Shown here piece after piece: positions 33,801-43,667 of a stretch of DNA of 64,000 bases; position 1 is the stretch's first letter; each line of letters opens with the position of its first letter. Below the pieces are notes generated by a model. The model had not been told where the DNA came from, searched no databases, and saw only the letters and a program-made list of their open reading frames with translations. Both the position numbers and the translations under genes were made by a program. Source of the stretch: Gemmatimonadota bacterium (GTDB taxonomy: Bacteria > JBHIER01 > G020348925); the NCBI GenBank assembly GCA_020348925.1, contig CP070758.1, forward strand, positions 1,896,030-1,960,029, given 5' to 3'.

Positions 33801-33962
33801 TTCATCATACCACAGTGGGGCCATGAGGTTTCCCTCGGTGATCCCTCTCTTCTGGTAGCTCTTCATAGTGCCATGACCGGCTGCATGGGTCAAGGGTGCC
33901 AGTAAAACCGACACTCCAAAGAACACCAGGAGCGCCGCCAATCTTTCTCTAACGGTGGTCAT
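30819..33962 (-). CDS. Secreted Ig/FN3- and HYR-repeat protein with dockerin and FlgD/T9SS-like CTD
   Basis: Signal peptide; duplicated PSLISP...GSGIKNYRI modules; DTTPP HYR-like units; KGDVIADCDINVQD...ADYNGDGSVSIPD; LSQNYPTPFN CTD. Confidence 0.82.
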   Translation of the reverse strand: MTTVRERLAALLVFFGVSVLLAPLTHAAGHGTMKSYQKRGITEGNLMAPLWYDEYSDTVSIETESSNENRQFLTDDQPPDPPSLISPSDHLKTNDVTPVFTWSEPADPGGSGIKNYRIYIDDDSTFTAPRVKEYTTSNTYYAPTLYEGYFYWRVYAKDNGGNQSEWSEVWELEIDTTPPTSGCSSPDYDNDGTIDLTWTADDSVGSGVFCTKLYFKYDIDGMWIYSTGDSAVGTTGSFIFTPPSGDGPYYFQTVATDSANNTEPITPDAGDDSTMYDTTAPETPSLISPVDGAHMNDMNVTLTWSTSSEPEPGSGIKNYRILMDDEPDFSTPYVKSAYTSSTSYTPTLGEGHYYWKALARDNATNNSDWSSVWEFIIDTTPPAITCPIDTTIECGDSIHPTCTGSASATDNYDENPTITYSDENSTVAVSRTWTATDAGGNSTQCQQTITIEDTTPPNVTPPAAVTVNTDQGACTASAVDLGIPAVSDRCDTNLTVTNDAPALFALGKTTVTWTVTDPPGNGVTCTQDVTVDDDEVPTFQIDGPEHLCWNGPPHIPYLGFHDNCGLDEGWYALDSGLWTSLFSNRSGASWEQKSWSLAESLFLSLSDGSHSLHFKAEDDCGNVAGGSGNWILQFYKDTVPPGAPKYLAGVSHTPGVWSDENEVCITWVDASDGPDACGLLGYSILWDTDSTSIPEPDTTADFVPAGIEYTCHTLNEGCHFFHIRSVDIVGNWQTEPEVVHFGPFCIDVTKPTCAIADYTEDPIEVCGNIRICFTGQDTYTPDDSLRFSCMLVGVDQKPSECLPTQCVSYNKLPEGIRTFWVWACDLAGNRSPSAECAFEVSSDYCVKGDVIADCDINVQDAIRCIQIILDQFPEPTAGEQCRADYNGDGSVSIPDALSIVNVILGINPQYPLKGCPSIVSPAVLSYCNSLESLLSTEEYTHFMALVRRAHTPSEYSLSQNYPTPFNSCTDIRYQIPDSRSPIHTTLKIYNIIGQEVLTLVDEEKEPGFFTATWDGRNVKGNEVPGGVYFYQMKAGNFSATKRMVMIK

Positions 33963-34895
33963 ATCGCTCGCTCCTTCGGAATAGGGTTATGGGGTTCGGA
34001 AGAGAAACGTGCTAAGCTTCATATTCTTCCTGGATTATTCAGAAAATCATCATGAATGGAACGGAATGCGAACATTTTGTCGAGTTCAAATGAATATTGG
34101 TTTTGAGCGTCGTTCCACGGCACTGTCCACGATTCTGTACTCTGTCATTCCTGGTTTATCCCGGAATCCCCCTCATTGAGAATCCCTTGTGCACATCGAG
34201 GGGATTCCCTGTAATAAATACGGGGTGGGCTCTGCAGGAGTCTATCCCGAACGTGTTGCGGGACAGGACTGACAGTTTTTGTTTTTCTCGACGCATTATC
34301 CAGGTATTACATCCCAGAAGTGTATTTTTTGACGAAACGAAACGACAACACCACGTACGTTTGAGAGGCCGGTTTGTCGGTGCTGAGACTCGTTTTGAAG
34401 CTCGTAAATAGGGAACGGAGGCTCGTAAGACAAAACCCTTGACAGCCATACGCACCGAACTTCGAGTATCGTCAGCCCAAACCAGGCATCCTTGATCCCA
34501 AAAGTACTGGTAGGAGAAAGCGTGGCAGCTGAATCATACGACTCTTTTGACAACAACTGCGCCCTGTTCAAATTCACACGATTGAAGAGAGACTCTTCCT
34601 CTTACAGGAATTAATTTCGAATACATGGCTATGATAGTCAATCTTCTTTTGATTGTCAAGGATTTTATGATGTGTTTTTTGAGATAAGTTCATAGAAGTG
34701 GAACAAGGGGGTGGTGAGATGGAGATGTGAGGGTGAGTGTCTCACTGAGACGACTCAACATGGGATACAAATTCGAAGCGTGGAATGCGAAAAACGGGAA
34801 TTTCGGAGGTGACAACAAAGGGAGGGCACGTGTCCTCACAAGCCGATACGAAATGAATATCCTCATCAACAATTCCGTCAGGATGACAGAATAAT

Positions 34896-34950
34896 GGAGG
34901 GCGAGGGTTTTCGCGAGCCGAAAAATCGGCTCGACGGTGTCTTGCCCTCC
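34896..34950. repeat. REP-like palindrome downstream of the octaheme gene
   Basis: ggagggcgag...cgagccga-aaaa-tcggctcg...cttgccctcc. Confidence 0.6.
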
Positions 34951-34978
34951 CAGCAAGTATCAAGGTCTGAGTTCGCTC

Positions 34979-36478
34979 TTACTTTTTGGAGTTGGCCTTT
35001 AAATCGATAAGGTCGCCCATCGCCTGAAGAGTGTGGGTCATTTTCCACCAGCCGTTCTTGAAGGAGGCGTAATCCGGGCCGGCCATGGCCGAGGCGTATC
35101 GGGTCGAGTTCGCATAGAAGAGCCACTGCTCGATCCATTTTTGCTCGATGGCTTCATCAAAGAGGTTGGATCGGTCCGCAACGTCCTTGTTCCAGGCTTC
35201 AAGAAGCAGTTGCGTGGCGGCCAGGACCATCTCATCGCTTTCAGCAATGACCGTATCCAATTGGGTAAAATGTCCATCCGCCCAGCTTCTGCCGTGACAC
35301 GATTGACAGATCTTTTTGAAGTTTTCTTCTCGCTTCTCCTGCTCGGAGGGTTCGATGAGAAATTCGGAGGCCGGCTCTCCCGTGAGTGTCGTTGGAAGGG
35401 GCAGCCCATCCTTATTTTTTATCAGATATGTTCTACCATCCTTCGGTTGGGGGTGAGCGTAAATGAGCCCGAAAAGTCGCTTCCACAGTCTTGATCCAAA
35501 ATTGTGGGTTCTCGGTACGATCACATCACCGGTCAAGGTGGTGATGAGGCTGGCGTGGCAGACGGCGCAGGTTGGTGCACGAAAATCGAAACCAATTTTC
35601 CAGGGGACAGCATCCCACGTCCAGGTCCCTTTCTTTGACTCGAAGATATTGCCGTGCTTGCTCTCTTTATACACATTATATGAAGGGACGTCGGGTTCAA
35701 GGTGACATTGTGAACAGGTGTAGGGTTTTCTTGCTATCTCAATTGAAAAACTGTGCCGCGGATGGCACGCGGTGCAAGCCCCGTAACTTCCATCTGGATT
35801 GATACGACCCACACCCTGGTTCGGCCAGTTGGTGAGATGGGGGATCTCGATCTCACCCATATCCAATGATATCTCTTTCATTCCAGTCACCGTGACATGT
35901 GTGCCGTGACAGTTGTAGCACGATTCGCCCTTGGTGAGTTCGGAGGCCTTGTGTGGTGTGATGGTGTGGTTCTCGACCTTCTTGATGCTGAGAATTGCCT
36001 CGACGAGCGTATCGTAGACCGGATTTTTCTCAAGGTTTCCGATGGCGTGTGCTTTTTTGCTGTCAGCGTATTGCTCTACCTCCGCGGAGTGACAGGTTTT
36101 ACAGTCGTTGGGCGAGACGATCACATTGATCTGTTCCCCAAAGTGTTCGAAGTTGTCAGTGTGTTGACTTTGATTCAGGCTGTGACATTCGTAGCAGCCG
36201 ACGCTGACCGAGCTGAGGTTTTCGGGAATGGTTTCACTGGAAACTCTTCGGGAACGTTCGAGTTTCTCCAGAGCTTTCTGGGGGGATATTTGGGCGTGTC
36301 GACTTGATCTCCAATCCATTACGAGACCGGGATTGTACATCTCATGGCAGTCGATGCAGGTTTGTGACGTCTCGCTGGGGCGCACTTCTGCCGGGAACTG
36401 AGACGGCGTTGAGTTTGGCGTGAAGATAACTGCCGCGAATGAGACGACAATGATTAATAGAATAATACTTCGCTTCAT
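34979..36478 (-). CDS. Octaheme c-type cytochrome, hydroxylamine oxidoreductase-like
   Basis: Signal peptide; eight CxxCH (CIDCH, CYECH, CKTCH, CYNCH, CTACH, CSQCH, CAVCH, CQSCH); WPNQGVGRINPDGS, YKESKHG. Confidence 0.88.
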   Translation of the reverse strand: MKRSIILLIIVVSFAAVIFTPNSTPSQFPAEVRPSETSQTCIDCHEMYNPGLVMDWRSSRHAQISPQKALEKLERSRRVSSETIPENLSSVSVGCYECHSLNQSQHTDNFEHFGEQINVIVSPNDCKTCHSAEVEQYADSKKAHAIGNLEKNPVYDTLVEAILSIKKVENHTITPHKASELTKGESCYNCHGTHVTVTGMKEISLDMGEIEIPHLTNWPNQGVGRINPDGSYGACTACHPRHSFSIEIARKPYTCSQCHLEPDVPSYNVYKESKHGNIFESKKGTWTWDAVPWKIGFDFRAPTCAVCHASLITTLTGDVIVPRTHNFGSRLWKRLFGLIYAHPQPKDGRTYLIKNKDGLPLPTTLTGEPASEFLIEPSEQEKREENFKKICQSCHGRSWADGHFTQLDTVIAESDEMVLAATQLLLEAWNKDVADRSNLFDEAIEQKWIEQWLFYANSTRYASAMAGPDYASFKNGWWKMTHTLQAMGDLIDLKANSKK

Positions 36479-36910
36479 AATGACGGCCTCCTTTTTTGGT
36501 TCTTTCGGAGACGTAGACAATCTCTCAATATGGGTTTTTGAGAAATGTAATGCTTTTCATTGGGCAAGGCAATTATTATTATTTCCCTATGCAACATACA
36601 GGATCGAGCATTCCTGGGTAAGAAGATATTCGTCGCGGCCACAAACAGCCTGTGTTGCATTTACTCCCCAAGAAGCAAGAGGATGGTTTGATGTCATATC
36701 TCCAGTTCTCTATCCCTGAAAAATTGAAAACACATTCTTGGATTTTGTAGGTTTCATTTCTTTGTTTCTATTCTAAAGGAGGTTACATGAGATTTCTCTG
36801 TTTTTACGTGTCACAATGACACCATTCCTGTTGTCTAATTAATGGGTGCTACTCAACGGAACTATTGCTTATATTAGATGTTAAATGACTATATCTGAAA
36901 GGAGGTTCAC

Positions 36911-37642
36911 ATGAAAACGGATCTTTCAATCCTTATGTTTCTGTTTGCGGTCACCACGTGTGGACATGCCGATGTCCATGTAAAACTGGAATCGCACACC
37001 GATTCCTATTACTATGGGGGCATCACGTATCCTGAAGAGAATGAAGTGTGGGAGGCTTGGGTGGGTGATAATAAGTCCGCATATATATCCGAGCGCAGAA
37101 GCGTCATAGTTGATCTTAACACGAATATGCTATCCTTCATCAATCACCTTGATTCAACGTATGCTGAAGCCGCACTTCCCTTTCAGTGGCCGAATCTTGT
37201 TTCAGAGGAGATGGCCGGACGGCTTGAAATGTATCGAACAACAGGGACGGTCACGGAGAGCCGAGAAATAAAAACAATTGGAAAGTGGGCGTGTCAACGA
37301 TACGATGTAAATTCATGGATCCCGTACGCCGGTGGCCGGTACGACGAGAGGGAGATCGTACTATGGATTACACCGGATGTTCCCATTGATATAAATGTGT
37401 ATAAGCAAATACGTACTGTCCTCAGGCAGCTCAGGAATTATGATGAAGTTCTCGTCAGTGAACTGGGGAAAATCGAGGGGTACCAAATTGCTTCCGAGAC
37501 CACAACCTATGTCAAAGGATTTGGCTATCAATCTACCGAATGGGTGACCGACATGTCTGAGAGGCAACCCCCGGCCGACGTCTATTCTGTTCCGGAAGGA
37601 TATACCAAAAAAGAGGCGCTGACATGGGAGGATCTCGAATGA
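36911..37642 (+). CDS. Secreted DUF4412-like protein
   Basis: Signal peptide; KTIGKWACQRY, LWITPDV, YSVPEGYTK pattern; RBS AAAGGAGG. Confidence 0.65.
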   Translation: MKTDLSILMFLFAVTTCGHADVHVKLESHTDSYYYGGITYPEENEVWEAWVGDNKSAYISERRSVIVDLNTNMLSFINHLDSTYAEAALPFQWPNLVSEEMAGRLEMYRTTGTVTESREIKTIGKWACQRYDVNSWIPYAGGRYDEREIVLWITPDVPIDINVYKQIRTVLRQLRNYDEVLVSELGKIEGYQIASETTTYVKGFGYQSTEWVTDMSERQPPADVYSVPEGYTKKEALTWEDLE

Positions 37643-37709
37643 TACAAAAGATCAATGGTGTAAAAGAGGGAATCACACATATTCAGAATACCCAACTCAG
37701 GAGGTATCG

Positions 37710-38936
37710 ATGAGAAAGCATGAAATGGGTCGTGATCGGAGACAATTTTTAAAGACGGGCGTCGCATGTCTTGCCGGTGCCACGTTTTTTCCGCCGGTTC
37801 TCCAGGAGGAACCCAGCCCAAAGTCTCAGGAGACAAAAAAGGAGAGAAAAATCGTCACTCGCACACTGGGGAAGACGGGCCTTCGGCTGCCTGTCGTCAG
37901 CATGGGGGTGATGAATTCGGATAATCCGAATTTGGTCAAGGCTGCCCTTGATGCCGGAATTGTCCTTCTCGACACGGCCCACGGCTATCAGAGGGGGCGA
38001 AACGAGGAGATGATCGGAGGGATCATCAAGGACTATCCGCGAGATTCTTACGTGATTGCGACAAAGGTCCCAGGCGAACCTACTGATCGGAAGACCGGTC
38101 TGTTTACAGAGGAGGCCAAGGCCGAACCCTTCCTGGAAAAATTTGAAATCAGTCTGAAACGGCTTGGTCTGGAATACGTGGATATCCTGTATCTCCATAG
38201 CGTCGTGCGGCGGGAGGCTACCCTTTATGAACCGTACATGACGGCCATGGAGAATCTGAAAAAGGAAGGGAAAGTTCGATTCATCGGTGTCTCCACCCAT
38301 CGCAACGAGCCGGAGGTGATCCAGGCGGCGATCGACAGCAAAGTTTACGATGTCGTTCTGACAGCATACAACTTCAAACAGCCGCATGTTGAGGAGATGA
38401 AGAAGGCGATTGCCCAAGCTGCGAAGGCGGGATTGGGTATTGTGGCCATGAAGACCCAGGCCGGTGTGTACTGGGATAGGGAAAGACAGCACCAAATCAA
38501 TATGAAGGCAGCTCTCAAATGGGCACTGCAGGATGAGAATGTCCACACGACCATTCCGGGCTTTACGACATTTGATCAGATGGAGCTCGATCTTACAGTC
38601 ATGGAGGATCTGTCTCTCACACCGCAGGAGAAAAAAGATCTGCAACTGGGTATGAAGACGGGTATGAACGGTCTGTACTGTCATCAATGTGAAACATGTC
38701 TGTCTCAATGTCCGGAGATCTTTGACATTCCTGCTTTCATGAGAAGCTACATGTACGCGTATGGGTACAAGAACCTTGCGGCGGCAAAAGAGTCCTTGGA
38801 ATGTATGGATATGTCCGAAATACCGTGCGAGCTGTGCGATACATGCTCTGTGAGATGTCCTGCGGGATTTCATGTCAGACAGCGAATACTCGATATTGCT
38901 CGAATTCAGAACGTGCCCGAAGACCTTTTAGTATAA
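37710..38936 (+). CDS. Tat-signal aldo/keto reductase with C-terminal 2x[4Fe-4S] domain
   Basis: DRRQFLK; RTLGKTG; LDTAHGY, IATK, ILYLH; CHQCETCLSQCP...CELCDTCSVRCP. Confidence 0.88.
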   Translation: MRKHEMGRDRRQFLKTGVACLAGATFFPPVLQEEPSPKSQETKKERKIVTRTLGKTGLRLPVVSMGVMNSDNPNLVKAALDAGIVLLDTAHGYQRGRNEEMIGGIIKDYPRDSYVIATKVPGEPTDRKTGLFTEEAKAEPFLEKFEISLKRLGLEYVDILYLHSVVRREATLYEPYMTAMENLKKEGKVRFIGVSTHRNEPEVIQAAIDSKVYDVVLTAYNFKQPHVEEMKKAIAQAAKAGLGIVAMKTQAGVYWDRERQHQINMKAALKWALQDENVHTTIPGFTTFDQMELDLTVMEDLSLTPQEKKDLQLGMKTGMNGLYCHQCETCLSQCPEIFDIPAFMRSYMYAYGYKNLAAAKESLECMDMSEIPCELCDTCSVRCPAGFHVRQRILDIARIQNVPEDLLV

Positions 38937-38966
38937 AATTTGATGTTTTGTCTGAGAGAGGTACAC

Positions 38967-40193
38967 ATGGAAAATCATATGAAAAGTCGCAGAAGTTTCT
39001 TGAAAAAGGGAATTACGGGTGTGGCAGGCTTATCCCTTTTCCCTGCTGCCTGTCAGAAGGACAGAGGTGCCCAGGAACAGGGTGCACGTGAAAAGAAAGT
39101 TGTGACGCGAACCCTGGGAAAAACGGGCTTAACCCTTCCCCTTGTCAATATGGGGGTGATGAATGCAGACAATCCAAACTTAGTGAAGGTTGCCCTTGAT
39201 CGGGGGATCGTCATGCTCGATACGGCTCATTATTATATGTACGGTCGAAACGAGGAGATGATCGGAGGGGTCATCAAGGATTATCCGCGTGATGCGTATG
39301 TAATTGCAACAAAAGCTCGGGCGACCACGGTGGACCGGCACACGAGACTTGAGACGGAGGACGTGCAGGCGGAAACCTTCGAATCCTTTATCAAGAAATT
39401 TGAACTGAGCCTGCTTCGACTTGGATTGACTTACGTCGATATCTTGTATCTTCACAGTGTGAAAAGCAAAGAGGATGCGATGATCGAACATATTGTGGGG
39501 GCCATGGAAAAATTGAAACAGGATGGGAAAGTACGACATGTCGGTCTTTCAACCCATGGCAATGAGCCGGAGGTCATCAGGGCGGCGGCGGACAGCGGCT
39601 TCTACGAAGTCGTATTAACCTCTTACAACTTCCTCCAGGCGCATCGGGAAGAGGTGGAGAGCGCCATTGCCTACGCTGCGGGGGCGGGCCTTGGTATCGT
39701 TGCCATGAAAACGCAGGCAGGGGTCTATTGGGACAGGGAACGGTCGCAGCGAATTAATATGAAGGCAGCATTAAAATGGGTTCTGCAGAATGAGAATGTC
39801 CATACGACTATTCCCGGCTTTACGACGTACGATCAATTGGAGGAGGATCTTGCGGTCATGGAGGATCCGACGTTGACACCCAAGGATAAAGAGGATCTTC
39901 AGCTCGGTATGGATCTTAAATTCGACGGTCTCTATTGCCAGCAGTGCGGAGCGTGCCTCGAACAGTGCGATCGAAAAGTCGAGATTCCGACCTTGATGAG
40001 AAGCTATATGTATTTATACGGATACCGAAATCTTGCGGCAGCCAAGCAGACACTACAGTCTCTGGATATGCCTGCTATTCCGTGTGAGAGATGCAATCCG
40101 TGCCTGGTGAATTGCTCCAGGGGATTTGATATTAAGAATAGAATGGTGGATATTGCCAGGCTCAAATATGTGCCTCAGGATTTTCTGGTGTGA
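38967..40193 (+). CDS. Tat-signal (lipoprotein-like) aldo/keto reductase with Fe-S domain, paralog of the upstream gene
   Basis: SRRSFLKK...PAAC; LDTAHYY; CQQCGACLEQC...CERCNPCLVNC. Confidence 0.88.
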   Translation: MENHMKSRRSFLKKGITGVAGLSLFPAACQKDRGAQEQGAREKKVVTRTLGKTGLTLPLVNMGVMNADNPNLVKVALDRGIVMLDTAHYYMYGRNEEMIGGVIKDYPRDAYVIATKARATTVDRHTRLETEDVQAETFESFIKKFELSLLRLGLTYVDILYLHSVKSKEDAMIEHIVGAMEKLKQDGKVRHVGLSTHGNEPEVIRAAADSGFYEVVLTSYNFLQAHREEVESAIAYAAGAGLGIVAMKTQAGVYWDRERSQRINMKAALKWVLQNENVHTTIPGFTTYDQLEEDLAVMEDPTLTPKDKEDLQLGMDLKFDGLYCQQCGACLEQCDRKVEIPTLMRSYMYLYGYRNLAAAKQTLQSLDMPAIPCERCNPCLVNCSRGFDIKNRMVDIARLKYVPQDFLV

Positions 40194-40277
40194 TCGTACC
40201 TTAAATATTATAAACAGATTAATTCATGAAATGCTATTCTGAGGAAAGCATGGGTATTGTGAAACCTTCGCTTCAAA

Positions 40278-40372
40278 CAGATTTCTCCACTACACAAGGT
40301 TATACTGGTCTTGTTCCGGTTGCAATGACAGATTTTGACATTCTGAGCGGAGCGAAGCGGAGTCGAAGAATC
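40278..40372. repeat. Degenerate REP-like element (GTCATTCTGAGC...GAAGAATC type)
   Basis: gcaatgacaga...gacattctgagcggagcgaagcggagtcgaagaatctg; related fragments near 13536 and 34874. Confidence 0.5.
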
Positions 40373-40476
40373 TGTATGGCAACAGCTTGCAGATTGCCTG
40401 AAGGACACACTTCGTTTTGTTTAGGAATAATTCAGGACAACCACAGTTTTGATTAAAAGGGAGTGAGAAAACCTAT

Positions 40477-41376
40477 ATGAAAAGAAGGATATTTATCCTG
40501 ATGGTTTGCGGATTCCTTGCGCCGATAGCGCTGTTCAGCTCAGAGCTTCCTAAAATGGACAAGATATTCCCGGACATTGAAGGATTGGAGAGGGATGGGA
40601 AACCGCAGATATTTACCGCGCAGAATCTGTTTGAGTACATCAACGGTGCGGCTGAAGTTTACCTGAGCTACGGTTTTCAAGAATTGGCTGTAATGAATTA
40701 CGACAACGATCAGGAACAGTCCATTACGATTGAAATTTACCGCCACAGCAGTTCCAACAATGGCTTCGGCATCTACAGTCAGGAGAAACCTCTCGAGAGT
40801 ACCTTCCTATCGATAGGAGTCCAGGGATACTATGAACCTGGCGTTCTCAACTTCTTTAAAGGCGATTACTACGTGAAACTGTTGAGTTTTGGTCTGGGGG
40901 ATAAGGATCGATCCATACTTGTAAAAATAGGTGAGGAGGTAGCGGAGAAGCTTCCGGGTGAAACGGATTTCCCCAAAACCATACTGTGCTTTCCAGAGAA
41001 AGGGAAGGTAAAAAACTCAGAACGATATATTTCAAAAAATTTCTTAGGCCACAGCTTTCTCCATTCGGCCTTTGTTGCTGATTACGAACTGGAGAAGGAT
41101 AAGTACCGTGTCTTCATTATCGAAACTGCCGATACATCGGCAGCAAAAGAAATGATTAATAAATATCTGAAGCTTCTTGAGAAGAATGAAGTCAGCCCAA
41201 GCATCGAGAAGGGCGTGTATCGTTTTCAGGACCCTTATTTCTCTACCAAGGGAATTATGAATCTAAAAAAGAGCGGGAGATTTATCTGGGGTCTGTTCAG
41301 TAAAGATCGATCGCTCTCAAAATATTATGTGGATTCTATTGAGAAAAACCTGAAAGAGAACGACCTTCTCAATTGA
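40477..41376 (+). CDS. Secreted DUF6599-like protein
   Basis: Signal peptide; NLFEYINGAAEVYLSYGF, GFGIYSQE, FFKGDYYVKL. Confidence 0.7.
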   Translation: MKRRIFILMVCGFLAPIALFSSELPKMDKIFPDIEGLERDGKPQIFTAQNLFEYINGAAEVYLSYGFQELAVMNYDNDQEQSITIEIYRHSSSNNGFGIYSQEKPLESTFLSIGVQGYYEPGVLNFFKGDYYVKLLSFGLGDKDRSILVKIGEEVAEKLPGETDFPKTILCFPEKGKVKNSERYISKNFLGHSFLHSAFVADYELEKDKYRVFIIETADTSAAKEMINKYLKLLEKNEVSPSIEKGVYRFQDPYFSTKGIMNLKKSGRFIWGLFSKDRSLSKYYVDSIEKNLKENDLLN

Positions 41377-41471
41377 AGGTTTATCAATCTGAGGAATTTT
41401 TAGGAAATAGATAATCCTCCTGAATTGAATCAGAAGGGCTTGTTCGGGATGATATCAACAGGAGTTCTTCT

Positions 41472-43624
41472 TTAACGCATCAACACCATCTTCTTCGTCT
41501 GCACAATATTCTCAGCCTGGAGGCGATAGAAATAGACACCACTGCTAAATTCGCATCCCTGATTGTCTATTCCATCCCATGTAACCGTGTAATATCCAGG
41601 CTCCTTTTGTTCATTCATCAGCGTTTGTACCTCCTGTCCAAGAGCATTGTAAATCTTCAGGGTGACATGCTTTGATGTCTGACCACTGATTTCAAGTAAT
41701 TGAAAGCTAATATGTGTTTCTGGATTAAATGGATTGGGATGGTTCTGGTTTAAAGCAAAGTCCTGTGGATGTTCTGTAACAGGTTTCGCTGGTGAGGTGA
41801 AAACCGGTCCTTCATTAACCTGAAATTCCGTTATCGTGAAATCGTCATTATTGCCCCTATCACCAATTACTCTAAAATGAGCATAAGCCATTGGAGCTTT
41901 GGAAACAACAGCTTTAGCACTGGCCATAGCAATGAGTACTTCTCCGTTACGTTCGTTGTATTCCATGAGATATTCTTTCGATAGCTCCGTTGTAGTAATT
42001 TTTATGAATTCCAAGTTTTTTAGATCATATTTCCCAGCGATCTTGGCTGAGAATACTCCTTCAGCATTTTTAACATAGATAGGTATCCGGACAATAGGCC
42101 CTGACCGCAGTAAACCTCCCATTGCTACCTCTGCATCACCTGAAAATACCACAGGTTTTGGGCATGAAGGAGGACATACCTCTTGAACTGGAAAGCATTC
42201 GATGATATCTTGGATGTATTGTAAAATCAAAGATGCATCGTATGCGGTTACTGTTCCATTTCCACTCACCTCAGCCATGACCAGTTGATAGTTTGTTAGA
42301 CTTATCTGTTGTACTATCCATAGAAGGATCTTTTGAGCGTCAGTGACTTCAATCTCTTCGTCCAGGCCAACATCACCATACATGACTCTTATAAACCAAA
42401 TGTTTTCCACGTCATAGTTGTTTTCGTAATTTGTGTCCACGACCTTGGCACGAACTTCATATTTTGTGTGCTTTGAGAGGGCGCAAAGATCAAAAATACC
42501 GTCAGTACCACCACCTGTGTAACTATAGTTGTTTGTAATCCAATAGTAGTAATCGCTCTTAGTGGAAGGGGTTGCATATATTTTGGTAACACCATCTGAA
42601 ACTACTGAAGTCCCTTTATCGTATTTATCGGACCAAGTAAATCAAAATAATATTCATGATAGTAAGAACCACCTGATACCTCGCTCCCACCCTCATCATA
42701 GAGATTGTAAGCCAACGCCCACGGAGCAACGTTTCGAGTGCCAATCTCGTCGCGTGCCCGTAGTTTTATGTCAAACTTATCCTCCGCAAGGTACGGATCA
42801 CTTTGGCTGCCACTGCCTCTGGACAGGGAACTACCGTTCTCTTGGTAATATAACCACTTACCAAGGATTTCAGGATCATCAGAGTTATCATCGGTAAATG
42901 GATTTAGCAAGGGCCTGGGGTCATTAGGGTCGCTTGGATTTGGAGGATTCAGAGGATTAACAATGAGATAGCCATATATGAAGGTATCATAGTGGTCATT
43001 ATAGGACACTTCTCCATAATGCAAATGGTCACCATCACATCCGGAAGGTTCATAATCATCGACATCGGCAATCAACAGGTGTTGAGGATAATAATACCAG
43101 CCCTCACTGTAGTATCTTCCAGTAAGCGATTGATTCCAAATGATTTTGTCCTTATATTGAACTTTTCTGTTTTTGATATGCAGATATCTCGTTGTATACC
43201 AGGCATCGTCATCGCCATCATCAGCCCGATTCCAACCGCTTCCTGGCCCCCCAACATGAAACCATCCCCTTATACTTATTCTTGAACCGGTAGATTCAAT
43301 AACGAAAACATCCTTCATAACACTGTAAACATCAGTTCCATTGCATGCTGGCATGTCAACACCACCGTGGAAGTGGTTGCCACCTTCTGTACGAAATTCG
43401 CCTACAACACCACAAATGTCGTGTTCCTGAGAGGAGGTTTGTCCCTCTTGTGTAGGTTGATCGAGCGGCCAAATGTGGCTTTCGTCCGGAAAGAGATAAT
43501 CCGGAAAGATATAAAGTATGCTTTGAATTTCGTCTTCATGCTGAGAGCCGATACCATCATTAATCCAAAAAATGAGACTTAGACCCATCAAGAGTATCGC
43601 GACATTAAATCTCTGTGCCGACAT
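41472..43624 (-). pseudogene. Secreted M23-like peptidase-dockerin-cohesin-CTD gene split by a 1-nt frameshift near 42640 (real or assembly error)
   Basis: 5' ORF has signal peptide, HFHGGVD and HLH; the downstream frame is open from ~42641 through FTWSDKYD...YYYWITNN into the dockerin/cohesin/LNQNHPNPFNP ORF. Confidence 0.75.
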
Positions 43625-43667
43625 TGTTTCCTCCTTCTGATAATCTTGTGATGTGTGAGGGGAGCGA

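Noticed and set aside
33963-34960. Short ORFs or riboswitch in the ~1-kb intergenic region
   Set aside because: No protein motifs and no riboswitch consensus recognised; only promoter-like and REP-like bits
37749-38873. 374-aa antisense ORF (likewise 50118-51116, 53166-54254, 6633-7466, 63321-63953)
   Set aside because: These are shadow ORFs opposite well-supported genes and have no recognisable motifs
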